Positions 8,346 to 18,949 are shown, counted from the first letter of the stretch. The stretch: DNA of 32,000 nt from Massilicoli timonensis (GCF_900199515.1 NZ_LT963433.1:1-32000); one strand, 5' to 3'. A program made the numbers and translations. Notes: generated by a model not told the origin, from the sequence alone.

Positions 8346-10239
8346 GATATAACCACACCTTTCCCCCTTCATTCAGTGTCGTTCCGGCTTGCGGCAGCTG
8401 GGCGATGACCGTATCTCCTTCACCGATCCATTCCAGTACCAGTCCTTCCTGTTTGATCTCTTCTTTCTTTTTTCCGATGAGATTTGGCACTTCGATCTCG
8501 ACTGGATCCAGCCAGATCTTCTTCTTCGGAATCTGCTCGCTTACTTTTTCCACTTCCAGATAAGGCAAAATATCTTCATAGCAGGCTTTGACCACCGGCG
8601 CTACCACAGTACCTCCATATTGCACATCGTTATCCGGCGCATCGACCGCAACATATAAAACGATCTTCGGATCGTTCATCGGCGCCGCAGAAAGAAAAGA
8701 TAAGATATATTCATTGGCCATATAAACGCCGTTTTCCGCCTTTTGTGCCGTTCCGGTTTTCCCGCCGATCTGATAGCCCTTGATATAGGACGGTTTTCCT
8801 CCCCCATTTGCAACGACGCTTTCCAGCGCATAGCGCATCAGATCACTGGTTTCTTTAGAAATAACCTGATCGACAGCTTTCGGCTTGATTTCCTCAATGA
8901 TCTCTCCGGTAGCAGGATCTTGTATGGCTTTGGTAATATGCGGTTCATATAACGTTCCGCCGTTTACGATCGCACTGAAGGCGCGCACCAACTGGATCGG
9001 TGTTACCGAAATGCCCTGTCCGAACGCTACGGTTGCCTGCTCGACTTCGCCCATCGCTTCTTTTTCAAACATGATCCCGGTGCTCTCTCCCGGTAAATCG
9101 ACATTTGTCTTGTTACCAAAACCAAATTTCATTACATATTCGTAAAGGTGATCCAGTCCCATGCGCCGCGATATTTCTACAAAGCCCGGATTCGATGAAT
9201 TCTCCAGCACTTGTAAAAAGGTCTGTAATCCATGACCGCCGGCTTTCCAGCTCTTGATCCGGGCACCGCCGACCATTTCATAACCACGGTCGTAATAGGT
9301 ATCCTGAAACATATCGAACAATTTTAGGTCCAGCGCGCTCGCAAATGTAACTGACTTAAATGTGGAACCGGGTTCAAAGCTTTTCCAGATCGGCAGATTG
9401 CGATTGATGATCGTATTCTCGTAATTCTGATAATCATTCGGGTCAAAATCAGGCTTGGATACCATTGCCAATATTTCACCGTTATTGGGATCCATCGCGA
9501 TTGCCAACGCTTCTTTGGGATGATAACGCTTCATCAAATTATTCATTTCCCGCTCGACGATATCTTGGATATTCGCATCGATCGTCAAAACGACATCCAT
9601 CCCCTTTCCCGATGCTTCATAGGTTTCATCATAAAGATCGACCTGATTCCCTTTGGCATCAAAAGGAATTTGCAAAGCGCCTTTTTTCGCACCCAGTATC
9701 TCCTCATACTGTAATTCTAAACCGGCTAAGCCTTGATTATCGATCCCGGTAAAGCCCAGTACCTGTGCCAGATAGCTGTGATTGGGGTAATAGCGCTGGC
9801 TGTCTTGAATCAAATAAACACCGTCTAGATCCGCATTTTCCAGCTTCACTGCGGCTTCATCGCTGATGAGCCTGCCTTCCGGCTGTAATTTCTGCGTGGA
9901 GACATGGTTGGTGATCTTTTCATAGATCGCATCCGCATCTGCCTCTAAGATATCCGCCAAAACGGCAGCTGTTTGCTTCGGCTCTTTGATCTGAGCCGGT
10001 ACGACCATGACACTGGTAGAAGGAATATCATAAGCCAATGCCGTCCCATTGCGATCTAAAATAGCACCGCGTCGTCCCGCAACCGGAAAATCTCTCTGCC
10101 ATAAATTCATCGCTTTTTCCATCGTAAAATCCTGATGAACGATCTGTTCATAGCCTAGCTTCAATAAAATGGCCCCAAAGATCAGACAAGCACAGATAAA
10201 GATGATATGAATTCTTTTTTCGATACGGTTTGCGATCAT
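8323..10239 (-). CDS. Class B penicillin-binding protein (SpoVD/FtsI-like transpeptidase) with one C-terminal PASTA domain
   Basis: N-terminal TM anchor. Motifs SxxK (GSTFKS), SxN (NSSNPG), KTG (GKTGTA) and a PASTA-like C-terminus (VPNLIGKKKEEI...). The start is probably ATG at 10239 after GAGGTGGA; the ORF-track ATG at 10251 lacks an RBS. Confidence 0.9.
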   Translation of the reverse strand: MIANRIEKRIHIIFICACLIFGAILLKLGYEQIVHQDFTMEKAMNLWQRDFPVAGRRGAILDRNGTALAYDIPSTSVMVVPAQIKEPKQTAAVLADILEADADAIYEKITNHVSTQKLQPEGRLISDEAAVKLENADLDGVYLIQDSQRYYPNHSYLAQVLGFTGIDNQGLAGLELQYEEILGAKKGALQIPFDAKGNQVDLYDETYEASGKGMDVVLTIDANIQDIVEREMNNLMKRYHPKEALAIAMDPNNGEILAMVSKPDFDPNDYQNYENTIINRNLPIWKSFEPGSTFKSVTFASALDLKLFDMFQDTYYDRGYEMVGGARIKSWKAGGHGLQTFLQVLENSSNPGFVEISRRMGLDHLYEYVMKFGFGNKTNVDLPGESTGIMFEKEAMGEVEQATVAFGQGISVTPIQLVRAFSAIVNGGTLYEPHITKAIQDPATGEIIEEIKPKAVDQVISKETSDLMRYALESVVANGGGKPSYIKGYQIGGKTGTAQKAENGVYMANEYILSFLSAAPMNDPKIVLYVAVDAPDNDVQYGGTVVAPVVKACYEDILPYLEVEKVSEQIPKKKIWLDPVEIEVPNLIGKKKEEIKQEGLVLEWIGEGDTVIAQLPQAGTTLNEGGKVWLYLEEDSFS

Positions 10240-10378
10240 GCTCCACCTCATAGTTACTATATGAACAACAGTTGTTATTTAGAAACCATAGATCATTTCA
10301 ATTCTGTCATTCTTCTATCAGCTTCATCATGCTTATCTGTCATGATTTCCTCTTAAAAACGATGATCTCTCTAAATAG

Positions 10379-10399
10379 AAAAAAGCGGAAACCTCCGCT
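10379..10399 (-). terminator. Hairpin terminator between the two PBP genes
   Basis: AGCGGA (10384-10389) pairs with TCCGCT (10394-10399) around a 4-nt loop. On the minus strand it is followed by a T run (the A run at 10379-10383 on the + strand). Confidence 0.5.
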
Positions 10400-10420
10400 T
10401 TTTCTATCAATTCCATACGA

Positions 10421-12592
10421 CTAATTTAAGGTAACCGAAATATCACTTTCCGAATTGATGGTAGCGCCCTGCGCTACACTTTGCGCCGTTACCGATCCGC
10501 TGCCCGACACCTTGATTTCGATGCCGGTCAATTCTTGGAAGGTCATCACATCCTTCAATGTCCAGCCGTTCATATTCGGCATAACGATATTATCACCTTC
10601 GGTAACCACAAAAATATTTTGTTTGGTGATGATCGCTTCCTGCGCTTTCGGATACTGTTTTACCACACTGCTGCCATTACCGATCATCACGATGTTTACA
10701 TCCATTCCCTCTAGTTTTTGATTGGCATAGTCAAGAGAATGATTGACGATTGCAGGCATGCTGTACTCTTGCCAATTCGTATAACTGTTATCGGATTCAT
10801 CATGGGTCACACCACCCATCGCATTGACCGCTACTAACGCTTCACGAAATGCCTGTTTGAAATTATCGCCGGTATAAGTCAAATACTGATCGCTTTCAAA
10901 AGCGTAATACATCATGATCTTCGGATCATCTTTCGGCGCCGCCGCCATGACGGAATTGATATAAACGCTCGCGTTATACTTGCCGTTCTCCGCAATTTCC
11001 GCTGTTCCGGTTTTCGCAATTACCCGCACATCATCCATCGCATATTTACGGCCGGTTCCATCCTCTGAATTGACGACCGCATCCAGCAGTTCTACCATCT
11101 GTGCCGCTGTATCGGCGGTGATCGGTTCTCCGGTTATTTCCGTTTTTCCTTTATACAGCACTTCGCCGTTATAAGGATTCACTACACTGTCGATATAGTA
11201 AGGCTTTACCATTTTTCCTTCATTAAAAATAGCGGAATATGCCTGCATCAGCTGTAAGGCGGTAACTGATGAACCTTGTCCAAATCCGGTCGTCAATTTT
11301 TCTACCGGATAGGTAAAGTTCTTTTCTCCGGTTCCCTCAGATACACCGTAAACACCGACTTCTTTGAAAAAGCCGAAACGATCCAAATAGCTTTCAAACA
11401 CATCCGGATCCAGATAATCCGCAAGCAGCTGACAAATAGCCGTATTTGCGGAATAAGTCAGCGCCTTGTCAAAACTGATCATGCCCCAGTTTTTTCCCAG
11501 CGCGTCATGAATGGACCAATAGCCGGGCTGCGCTTCATTCGTACGAACGATATCATCGTTCTCCGCATCATAATACCAGTTAAAAGTACCGGTCTGCACC
11601 AAAGCATCACCGTCATATACGCCCTCATTGATCGCCGCGGCATAAGTAAACGCCTTCATGACCGATCCCGGTTCAAAATTGAAGCTGCTTGGCAGATCCA
11701 GATAGCTTTCAATGTCTTCTTTCTCATTCAGATCAAACGTCGGATAACCGCTCCAGCCTAAGATCCGTCCGGTCTCGCATTCCATAATGATCGCCCATGC
11801 CCGTTTACAGTTAAAGTCGGTCATCGTCTGTGCCAATGCACTCTCTAGCGCCAACTGGACATTTTTATCCAGTGTCAGATTGACATCATTGCCATCTACC
11901 GCTTGCTTTTCCACATATTTACTGCCGAGCTGAGCGCCGCTGATCGTCTGTTTATATCGTTCAATACCGTTGACACCTTTTAATTTCTGATCCATAAAAG
12001 CCTCTAAGCCCATTTGTCCGACCTGTCGGTTTTCATTTTCATCATAGGTCGCAAAGCCGATCAGCGTCGATGCGAACTTGCCGCTTGGATAATAGCGAAC
12101 ACTTGATTTGGAAAACTCGATGCCCGGCAGCTCCAGTGATTCGATTTCCTCTTTGACCGCTGATTTCAAATTACGCCCGCGCGCGCCGAATTCCGTCTGA
12201 TACTGATCATGATCGATCGCCCTTTGCAGGATCGAGGCGATCTCCGTTTCTTCCATATTCAAATAAGGCGCCAGCTGTTTGGCGGTTTTATCAACATTTT
12301 TCACATACTGAATTTCATCACCGCTTTTGCGGCTGGAGCTGACTATGGCATAGATGGAGTATGTTTCCAGATCCTCGGCAATGGTATTGCCATTTCGATC
12401 TTTGATCTTACCGCGGTCCGCCACTACTTCATTGATCTGATTTTCTGCACCGGTCCAGCTTTCTTTGATATTGACGCCGCTGCGCAGATGCGTCCCGGTC
12501 GCCATCGTATAGATCGCATTGCCAACGACCAATGAACAAGCGATCGCAATGACTGACATGATCCAGACGATTTTTCGATTTGCACGTTTCAT
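10421..12592 (-). CDS. pbpB: Class B penicillin-binding protein 2B-type with two C-terminal PASTA domains
   Basis: Motifs SxxK (GSVMKA), SxN (YSANTA) and KTG (AKTGTA), with tandem PASTA-like repeats at the C-terminus. The true start is MKRANRKIVW at 12592, with AAGGAGGT 7 nt upstream. The ORF-track start at 12685 is an upstream extension. Confidence 0.92.
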   Translation of the reverse strand: MKRANRKIVWIMSVIAIACSLVVGNAIYTMATGTHLRSGVNIKESWTGAENQINEVVADRGKIKDRNGNTIAEDLETYSIYAIVSSSRKSGDEIQYVKNVDKTAKQLAPYLNMEETEIASILQRAIDHDQYQTEFGARGRNLKSAVKEEIESLELPGIEFSKSSVRYYPSGKFASTLIGFATYDENENRQVGQMGLEAFMDQKLKGVNGIERYKQTISGAQLGSKYVEKQAVDGNDVNLTLDKNVQLALESALAQTMTDFNCKRAWAIIMECETGRILGWSGYPTFDLNEKEDIESYLDLPSSFNFEPGSVMKAFTYAAAINEGVYDGDALVQTGTFNWYYDAENDDIVRTNEAQPGYWSIHDALGKNWGMISFDKALTYSANTAICQLLADYLDPDVFESYLDRFGFFKEVGVYGVSEGTGEKNFTYPVEKLTTGFGQGSSVTALQLMQAYSAIFNEGKMVKPYYIDSVVNPYNGEVLYKGKTEITGEPITADTAAQMVELLDAVVNSEDGTGRKYAMDDVRVIAKTGTAEIAENGKYNASVYINSVMAAAPKDDPKIMMYYAFESDQYLTYTGDNFKQAFREALVAVNAMGGVTHDESDNSYTNWQEYSMPAIVNHSLDYANQKLEGMDVNIVMIGNGSSVVKQYPKAQEAIITKQNIFVVTEGDNIVMPNMNGWTLKDVMTFQELTGIEIKVSGSGSVTAQSVAQGATINSESDISVTLN

Positions 12593-12718
12593 TTGTCTAC
12601 CTCCTTGGCAATGGAAAATGAGAAAGGAAAAGATGTACATCCTTTCCTTTTTGATTATTTTACAATGCTTCTTTGCTATGTACAAGTATTGTTTATCACA
12701 TATTTTTTCAGTAATTTG

Positions 12719-13027
12719 TTATTCTTCGCTGCCGATGATCACGACATTGTCCTGGTTGGTCTGTAAACCCTGATCCTTGGCTTGTGCCAAGATGCGATCA
12801 CGTGCCCGCAGCTGTTCCACTTCTACCCGCAGCGCTTCTTTTTCTTCTTTTACATCGCTGATTTCTTTTTCATAATCTGCGGCTGTTTTACCAAGATTGA
12901 CGTTATAGGATTTCAAAAAGATCGATGAGCCTAGATAAAGCAACAGCGAAACCATGAATAACAGGGTCGCCATCGATTCGAATTTTAATTTTCTTCTGTT
13001 TTTGTTTTTCTTTACAATCTTTGCCAT
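12719..13027 (-). CDS. ftsL: Cell division protein FtsL
   Basis: 102-aa bitopic protein: basic N-terminus, one TM segment, then a coiled-coil (EKEALRVEVEQLRARDRI). Conserved position between rsmH and pbp2B. Confidence 0.8.
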   Translation of the reverse strand: MAKIVKKNKNRRKLKFESMATLLFMVSLLLYLGSSIFLKSYNVNLGKTAADYEKEISDVKEEKEALRVEVEQLRARDRILAQAKDQGLQTNQDNVVIIGSEE

Positions 13028-13028
13028 C

Positions 13029-13964
13029 TTATTTGATCCTTTCTATTACCCGCAGTTTTGCGGAATGCGCCCGATTATTTGCCTCTTGTTCCTGCAAATC
13101 GGGAGTGATCGGCTTGCGGGTAACGAGCCGATAAGGCTTTGCTTCTATTTGCGCAGGAAGAAGCGGGATACGTTTATCGACCTTGTCGGCCGCTCCATAA
13201 CGCTTAAATGTTTCTTTGACGATGCGATCTTCCAAGGAATGAAAGGTGATGACCGCCAATCTGCCGCCGGGTGCCAGCAGAGAAAGCGCCGCATGCAGTC
13301 CTTCTTCCAGCTGCTTCAACTCATCATTTACTTCGATGCGGATCGCCTGAAAGATCCGTTTTGCAGGATGCCCTTTCTTATTCAGCACTTTGGCTGGCAG
13401 AGCGGATTTTATGACTTCCACTAATTCAAAGGTTGTTTCGATCGCTTTTTGTTCTCTTTGTTTTTCGATTCTTTTCGCAATCACCTTGGCAAACGGTTCT
13501 TCACCATAGCGATAAAAAATACGTACCAGCTCTTCATATGGATAGGTATTGACGACATCATATGCACAAAATGACTGGCTTTGATCCATACGCATGTCCA
13601 AAGGCGCGTCAAAACGATAGGAAAAACCGCGTTTTGCTTCATCAAATTGCGGCGAGCTGACACCAAGATCCAATAACATGCCGTCGATCTGCGTGACACC
13701 GTTTTCCGCCAGCACTTCTTTTACCTGTGCAAAAGTCGCATGGATCAGCGTAAAGTTACTGCCGATCGCCGCTAACCGCGCTTCACTTTCGATAATCGCG
13801 CTTTGATCACGATCGATCGCGTAAAGATGTCCTTGCGGGATCCGTTTCAAGATCTCACTGCTGTGTCCGCCGCGCCCCAGCGTACCGTCCACATAAATGC
13901 CGTCAGCTTTGATCTGCAGCTGTTCCATGCAGGCGTTTAATAAAACCGATATGTGCTTTGTCAT
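13029..13964 (-). CDS. rsmH: 16S rRNA (cytosine1402-N4)-methyltransferase
   Basis: Motifs DGTLGRGGHS, DLGVSSPQFD and FHSLEDRIVK. The ATGA start overlaps the mraZ stop. Confidence 0.95.
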   Translation of the reverse strand: MTKHISVLLNACMEQLQIKADGIYVDGTLGRGGHSSEILKRIPQGHLYAIDRDQSAIIESEARLAAIGSNFTLIHATFAQVKEVLAENGVTQIDGMLLDLGVSSPQFDEAKRGFSYRFDAPLDMRMDQSQSFCAYDVVNTYPYEELVRIFYRYGEEPFAKVIAKRIEKQREQKAIETTFELVEVIKSALPAKVLNKKGHPAKRIFQAIRIEVNDELKQLEEGLHAALSLLAPGGRLAVITFHSLEDRIVKETFKRYGAADKVDKRIPLLPAQIEAKPYRLVTRKPITPDLQEQEANNRAHSAKLRVIERIK

Positions 13965-14389
13965 AGGAACTCCGTCAGGCTTTCCGCCATTTCTTCAAAG
14001 TTATCGGCATTGTCCGCATTCAACTGTTCCCATACGTTCTTCGCCCAGATTTCGACCCGATTTCCGGTTCCGGTGATGATACACTCCTTTTCCAGATGGG
14101 CAATCTGGATCAACGATGCGGGGATCAAGATCCGGCCCTGTGCATCCAGTTCGCACTGTGCCGCTTTGCTGGTTACCATACGCACGTACATACGCGCTTC
14201 TTTTTTCGTCGTAGGCAAAAGCATCAGTTTTTCGTAAAGCAGCTTCCACTGTTCCATCGTATAAACACAAAGGCAGCCGTCTAAGCCACGCGTTACCATC
14301 ATCGTATCGCCCAGATCTTCACGAAACTTAGCGGGGATGATCAAACGCCCTTTGGCATCGATGTTGTGTCCATATTCACCAATGAGCAT
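13961..14389 (-). CDS. mraZ: Transcriptional regulator MraZ
   Basis: Duplicated SpoVT/AbrB-like halves with DAKGRLIIP and DAQGRILIP. First gene of the dcw cluster. GGAGG RBS. Confidence 0.95.
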   Translation of the reverse strand: MLIGEYGHNIDAKGRLIIPAKFREDLGDTMMVTRGLDGCLCVYTMEQWKLLYEKLMLLPTTKKEARMYVRMVTSKAAQCELDAQGRILIPASLIQIAHLEKECIITGTGNRVEIWAKNVWEQLNADNADNFEEMAESLTEFL

Positions 14390-14396
14390 CTAATCC

Positions 14397-14462
14397 CTCC
14401 ACTTTCTACCACTTTCTACTACTTCGTACCACAATTATAACTGATTTCCTGTTATTTGTATA
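14397..14462 (-). promoter_or_regulatory. mraZ promoter plus four 10-bp-phased GTGG-type repeats (putative MraZ operator)
   Basis: On the minus strand: TATACA (14457-14462), a 17-nt spacer, TATAAT (14434-14439), then GTGGTA (14427-14432), GTAGTA (14417-14422), GTGGTA (14407-14412) and GTGGAG (14397-14402). The repeat period is exactly 10 bp and the last repeat overlaps the RBS. Confidence 0.65.
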
Positions 14463-14530
14463 GGGGGGAAACAGAATTTCCTTTTCTTTTTTCGACATTT
14501 TTTGTATTACTTTTTCCATAAATTGTAAAA

Positions 14531-14566
14531 TTAAAACAAAAAGCAGAAGGAACTGTGCCCTTCTGC
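14531..14566 (-). terminator. Rho-independent terminator downstream of polC
   Basis: On the minus strand: GCAGAAGG, an 8-nt loop, CCTTCTGC (14543-14566), followed by TTTTTGTTTTAATTTT. Confidence 0.8.
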
Positions 14567-14585
14567 CGATAAACATCGCTTTTAA

Positions 14586-17500
14586 TTAAAACAAACTCAT
14601 CTGATTTTCTTCCTGTAAACCGCTTAATACACCCATCGCTTCCATCTTTTTCGCCAGCGTACCGTTTAACAAAGTGCGGTCCATTAAATCCTGCTTTGAC
14701 AAGAACGCACCTTTCTGACGCGCTTCCACGATGCTCAAGGCAACGCTTTCGCCAAGTCCATCAATGCTAGTAAAGGAAGGAATGATGACATTTTGATCAG
14801 CCGGATCGACCACGAACGTCGTTGCCTCTGACTTTTCAAGCGAGATATTGCCGAAGCGATACCCGCGCAGCACCATTTCCAATGCCAGCTCTAAACAAGT
14901 ATAGATATCTTTTTCTTTCTTGGTTACTTCATTTTTGTATTCTGAATTCAGCTTTGCCGTGATTTCTTCCATACGTGAACGAATGGCCGCTTCGCCCTTG
15001 ATCATCGTTTCAATCTCATAGGCATCACAGCGGATCGAGAAAAACATGCAGTAGTAATACTGCGGCTTATGCACCTTGAACCAAGCGATCCGCACTGCCA
15101 TCATGACATAGGCGACCGCATGTCCTTTCGGGAACATGTACTTGATCTTCAAACAGGAATCAATGTACCAATCCTCTACGCCGCACGCCTTCATTTCCGG
15201 GATCCATTCCTCTTTTAAGCCTTTTCCCTTACGCACGCTTTCCATGATCGTAAAAGCGAGCTTTGGCGCCAATCCTTTATGAAGCAGATAAACCATGATG
15301 TCATCACGACAGCCAATCACACTTTTTAACGTGCAGGTACCGCTGTCGATCAAATCCTTGGCGTTGCCCAACCAAACATCTGTCCCATGTGACAAACCGG
15401 ATAGTTTTACCAATTCTTCAAAGGTCGTCGGACGAGTCAATTCCAAAATACCGCGGACAAACGGCGTTCCAAATTCCGGCAAGCCGGCTGCTCCGGTTAC
15501 TTCGTTTGTTTTAGAAGTATCCATCTTTAAGGCTTCTACTCCGGAAAAGATGCTCATCGTTTCCGGATCATTCATCGGAATGCTCTTTGGATCTACCCCG
15601 CTCATGCGCTCCAGCAATTTCATCGCGGTTGGATCGACATGCCCTAAAATATCGAATTTCAAAACATTGTCATGAATGTCATGGAATTCAAAGTGAGTCG
15701 TTTTCCATTCCGCAAACGGGTTGTTGGCGGGATACTGGACCGGAGTAAAATCGTGCACATCCATATCAAGCGGAATCACGATGATGCCGCCGGGATGCTG
15801 CCCGGTCGTACGCTTCACCCCTTCACAGCCCTTCGCCAGACGCAGCTCTTGGGCTCTTCTCAGCATTCCTTCTTTGCCCATTTCCTCTTCATAACGCTTG
15901 ACATAGCCAAACGCCGTCTGCTGGGCGACCGTACCGATCGTGCCGGCGCGAAATACATGATCCTCACCAAATACTTCTTTCGTATAAGCATGTGCATACG
16001 GCTGATAATCGCCGGAGAAATTCAAATCGATATCCGGTACTTTGTCGCCTTCAAAACCTAAGAAGGTCTCAAATGGAATATCCTGCCCATCACCGCGAAT
16101 GGTAGCACCGCAAACAGGACATTTTTTATCCGGCAGATCAAAACCGGAAGCAACGCTGCCATCGGTAAAAAACTCCGAATAATGACAGTGTGGACAGACA
16201 TAGTGCGGCGGCAGCGGATTGACTTCGGTGATCTCTGCCATCGTTGCGACGAAAGAAGATCCTACCGATCCTCTGCTCCCTACCAAATAACCGTCATTTA
16301 ATGATTTTTTCACCAATAAATGTGAAATGTAGTAAACGACATAAAAGCCATGCCCGATGATGCTCTTTAATTCCTTTTCCAGACGTTTTTCGACGATTTC
16401 CGGCAATGGGTCGCCGTAAATGCGATAAGCGTTTTCATAGCATAGTTTTTTCAGCTTTTCATCGGATCCTTCCATATCAGGAGGATACAGGCGATCTTTC
16501 ACCGGATAGATCATTTCGATCTGATCGGCAATCTTGCGGGTATTGGTCACGACCATCTCGTAGGCCTTCGTTTCTCCTACCCACGCAAAAGCTTTCAACA
16601 TCTCATCCGTGGTTAAAAAGTGCTGCTTAGGCGTTTCCAGCTTCCGCCTTTTTTCTGTATTGTAGATGTAAAGCGGATGGCGGGCGCCGCCGATTGCCTG
16701 TGATGAAATATAGATATCGCGGATCATTTTTTCACTTGGATGCACATAATGCGCATCACCGGTTGCCACCAGCGTTTTTCCCAGCGCATCGGCACAGTCG
16801 ATGATATCCCGCAGCATCGCATAAAGACGATCCATATCGGCCATCTTATTGGTTTCCACCAAATGCTTATAGCAGTCGATTGGCTGAATCTCTACATAAT
16901 CGTAAAATTGCATCGCTTCTTTTAACTGGGGAAGTTCTCGCGTTGTAGCCAGATCAAATATTTCCCCGTTCAAACAGCTGGTACCGATCAAAAGATTCCC
17001 ATTGCGGCGGCGCTTTTCAATTTCAAAGCGCGGGATGCGCGGCTCTGCCACCACATTATCGACATTTTTACCGTTATAAGCCAGATAGTTGCAGTGAGAC
17101 AAAGTGACCAGTTCAAACAGTTCTTTTAAGCCTGCGGCGTTTTTTGCCAAAATCGTTACATGCTTTTTACGCACTTTATTAAAACACTGTTCACTTTGCA
17201 TATTCTGCAGATCCTTTAAGGTCTTGATCTCTTTCAGATCATTCAACATATGCAGATATACTTGTGCCAATACCTGTGCATCATAGTCGGCACGATGGGC
17301 GACATCTTCATCATAACGGATCCCATAGCCATGTGCGATCTGTCCCAGCCGATAACCGCGCCGATCACTTTGCAAAGAACGCGCCAGATCCAGCGTATCG
17401 ATGACCGGATTTTGTAATGGCTCCCGTCCCATGCGAATGAGCGCATCATTGAGGAAATTCACGTCGAAACCCGCATTGTGCGCCACTAAAATGCGGTCGC

Positions 17501-18914
17501 CGATAAAGTCCAGTATCTGATCGATCGCCGCTTCGATAGAAGGCGCATCTTTCACGTCTTCCTCGGTAATATTGGTCAGTGAAATCGTAAAAGCGGATAA
17601 GCGCTGCGGCGGTTTGATGAACAGCTGCAGTTCTTTGACGATCGTGCGATCTTTTACGATCTGTCCGCCAAATTCAATGATATGATCATAGCGAGATGAC
17701 AAACCGGTCGTTTCCAAGTCAAAGACACAGTATTCCCCTTTTTCCAGTTCGGTGTCATCGGCATTGCGCACGATTTGTAACTGGGGATCGACCATATTCA
17801 TCTCAATGCCGTAAATCATCTTGAACGGCTTTTCTCTGCCTTTGTTGATGGCGCTCACGCAATGCTGAGCCTTTGGAAATGCCTGAACGACCATATGATC
17901 GGTACAGGCGATCGCATCCATTCCCCAGGCATCGGCCTGTTTGATAAATTCTTCGATGTTGCAGACGCCGTCCATTTCGGAAAGCTTGGTATGCACATGC
18001 AGTTCAACGCGTTTTTCTTTCGCCTGATCCTGCCGCTTCACTTCTTCGATTTCCATGATCGCATCCGGCGTCATGACGAGTTCTCGGGCAAAGGTGTCAT
18101 ATTCCGCTCTGCCATACACATCAATATAACTGCCGGTCTTGATCTTTTCCAGTTCTTCACGGGTCAAAGAACCGCGTTCAAATCGCTTTACAACGATCGC
18201 ATCGCTGTCATCGCCGACCCAAAGCGTCTGAATGCACTTGCCGCTGCGCAGTTCTCTGATCTCACTGTCGAAAACTTTTCCGCGGATCCGGATCCCGTTT
18301 CCCGCTTCTTTGATTTCCGCAATTTGATAAGGAGTATATTGGTCTAACGCCCGTTTCCCCTTCGGCTTGTAGTATTTCGGCTTACTTTCCATGACCGGTG
18401 CCGGCTTTGGGGCTTCCGTCTTTCCTTTTACGGTCATGACTTCCATATGTAATTTTAATTCTTCGATCGCGCTTTCCATCTGGATCCCGCATTTTTTCAA
18501 AAACGCATCTAGGTGGTGGCGATTCAGCACCGCTTGATCACGCTTCTGCGCATCCGCGATACGATATACGATAAAGCGTTCTTCGACTGCCGGCAGCACT
18601 TCATCAAAGATGCGGTACTGTGGATGTAAGGATACAAAATATCCGATATACTCTTTTAATTCCAGCAAGGTGCAGATCCCTTCCTCACAGGTCAGGGTCA
18701 AGTCGATCTGACAGCGCGTTGCTAAGCGCAGTTTGTGAAGCAGCGATTCATACAGGGAAAAAGGGAGCACATGTTTTAGTTTCATGTTGAGTTCCAGCAC
18801 TTTGCTTTTATGCTTCAAGATCGGATTCATCGTAAAAACGGCTTCTTCAAAGCCCGGATATGCCGCAAGCTGCGGATCGATCTTTTGTAAGATTTCGGTT
18901 GCTTTCAGTTCCAT
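14586..18914 (-). CDS. polC: DNA polymerase III PolC-type (Gram-positive replicative polymerase with intrinsic 3'-5' exonuclease)
   Basis: PHP motif HVHTKLSEMDG. Exonuclease motifs FDLETTGLS, HNAGFDVNFL and HRADYDA. Zinc finger CPHCHY...CPVCG. About 1440 aa. The start is probably MELKATEIL at 18914 (GAGG 6 nt upstream); the ORF-track start at 18932 is a TTG. Confidence 0.95.
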   Translation of the reverse strand: MELKATEILQKIDPQLAAYPGFEEAVFTMNPILKHKSKVLELNMKLKHVLPFSLYESLLHKLRLATRCQIDLTLTCEEGICTLLELKEYIGYFVSLHPQYRIFDEVLPAVEERFIVYRIADAQKRDQAVLNRHHLDAFLKKCGIQMESAIEELKLHMEVMTVKGKTEAPKPAPVMESKPKYYKPKGKRALDQYTPYQIAEIKEAGNGIRIRGKVFDSEIRELRSGKCIQTLWVGDDSDAIVVKRFERGSLTREELEKIKTGSYIDVYGRAEYDTFARELVMTPDAIMEIEEVKRQDQAKEKRVELHVHTKLSEMDGVCNIEEFIKQADAWGMDAIACTDHMVVQAFPKAQHCVSAINKGREKPFKMIYGIEMNMVDPQLQIVRNADDTELEKGEYCVFDLETTGLSSRYDHIIEFGGQIVKDRTIVKELQLFIKPPQRLSAFTISLTNITEEDVKDAPSIEAAIDQILDFIGDRILVAHNAGFDVNFLNDALIRMGREPLQNPVIDTLDLARSLQSDRRGYRLGQIAHGYGIRYDEDVAHRADYDAQVLAQVYLHMLNDLKEIKTLKDLQNMQSEQCFNKVRKKHVTILAKNAAGLKELFELVTLSHCNYLAYNGKNVDNVVAEPRIPRFEIEKRRRNGNLLIGTSCLNGEIFDLATTRELPQLKEAMQFYDYVEIQPIDCYKHLVETNKMADMDRLYAMLRDIIDCADALGKTLVATGDAHYVHPSEKMIRDIYISSQAIGGARHPLYIYNTEKRRKLETPKQHFLTTDEMLKAFAWVGETKAYEMVVTNTRKIADQIEMIYPVKDRLYPPDMEGSDEKLKKLCYENAYRIYGDPLPEIVEKRLEKELKSIIGHGFYVVYYISHLLVKKSLNDGYLVGSRGSVGSSFVATMAEITEVNPLPPHYVCPHCHYSEFFTDGSVASGFDLPDKKCPVCGATIRGDGQDIPFETFLGFEGDKVPDIDLNFSGDYQPYAHAYTKEVFGEDHVFRAGTIGTVAQQTAFGYVKRYEEEMGKEGMLRRAQELRLAKGCEGVKRTTGQHPGGIIVIPLDMDVHDFTPVQYPANNPFAEWKTTHFEFHDIHDNVLKFDILGHVDPTAMKLLERMSGVDPKSIPMNDPETMSIFSGVEALKMDTSKTNEVTGAAGLPEFGTPFVRGILELTRPTTFEELVKLSGLSHGTDVWLGNAKDLIDSGTCTLKSVIGCRDDIMVYLLHKGLAPKLAFTIMESVRKGKGLKEEWIPEMKACGVEDWYIDSCLKIKYMFPKGHAVAYVMMAVRIAWFKVHKPQYYYCMFFSIRCDAYEIETMIKGEAAIRSRMEEITAKLNSEYKNEVTKKEKDIYTCLELALEMVLRGYRFGNISLEKSEATTFVVDPADQNVIIPSFTSIDGLGESVALSIVEARQKGAFLSKQDLMDRTLLNGTLAKKMEAMGVLSGLQEENQMSLF

Positions 18915-18940
18915 AACACGCCTCATTTCCAAGTATGTTT

Positions 18941-18949
18941 ATTCTACCA
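18941..18949 (-). promoter_or_regulatory. Candidate extended -10 promoter for polC
   Basis: The minus strand reads TGgTAGAAT (18941-18949). There is no convincing -35. Confidence 0.35.
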
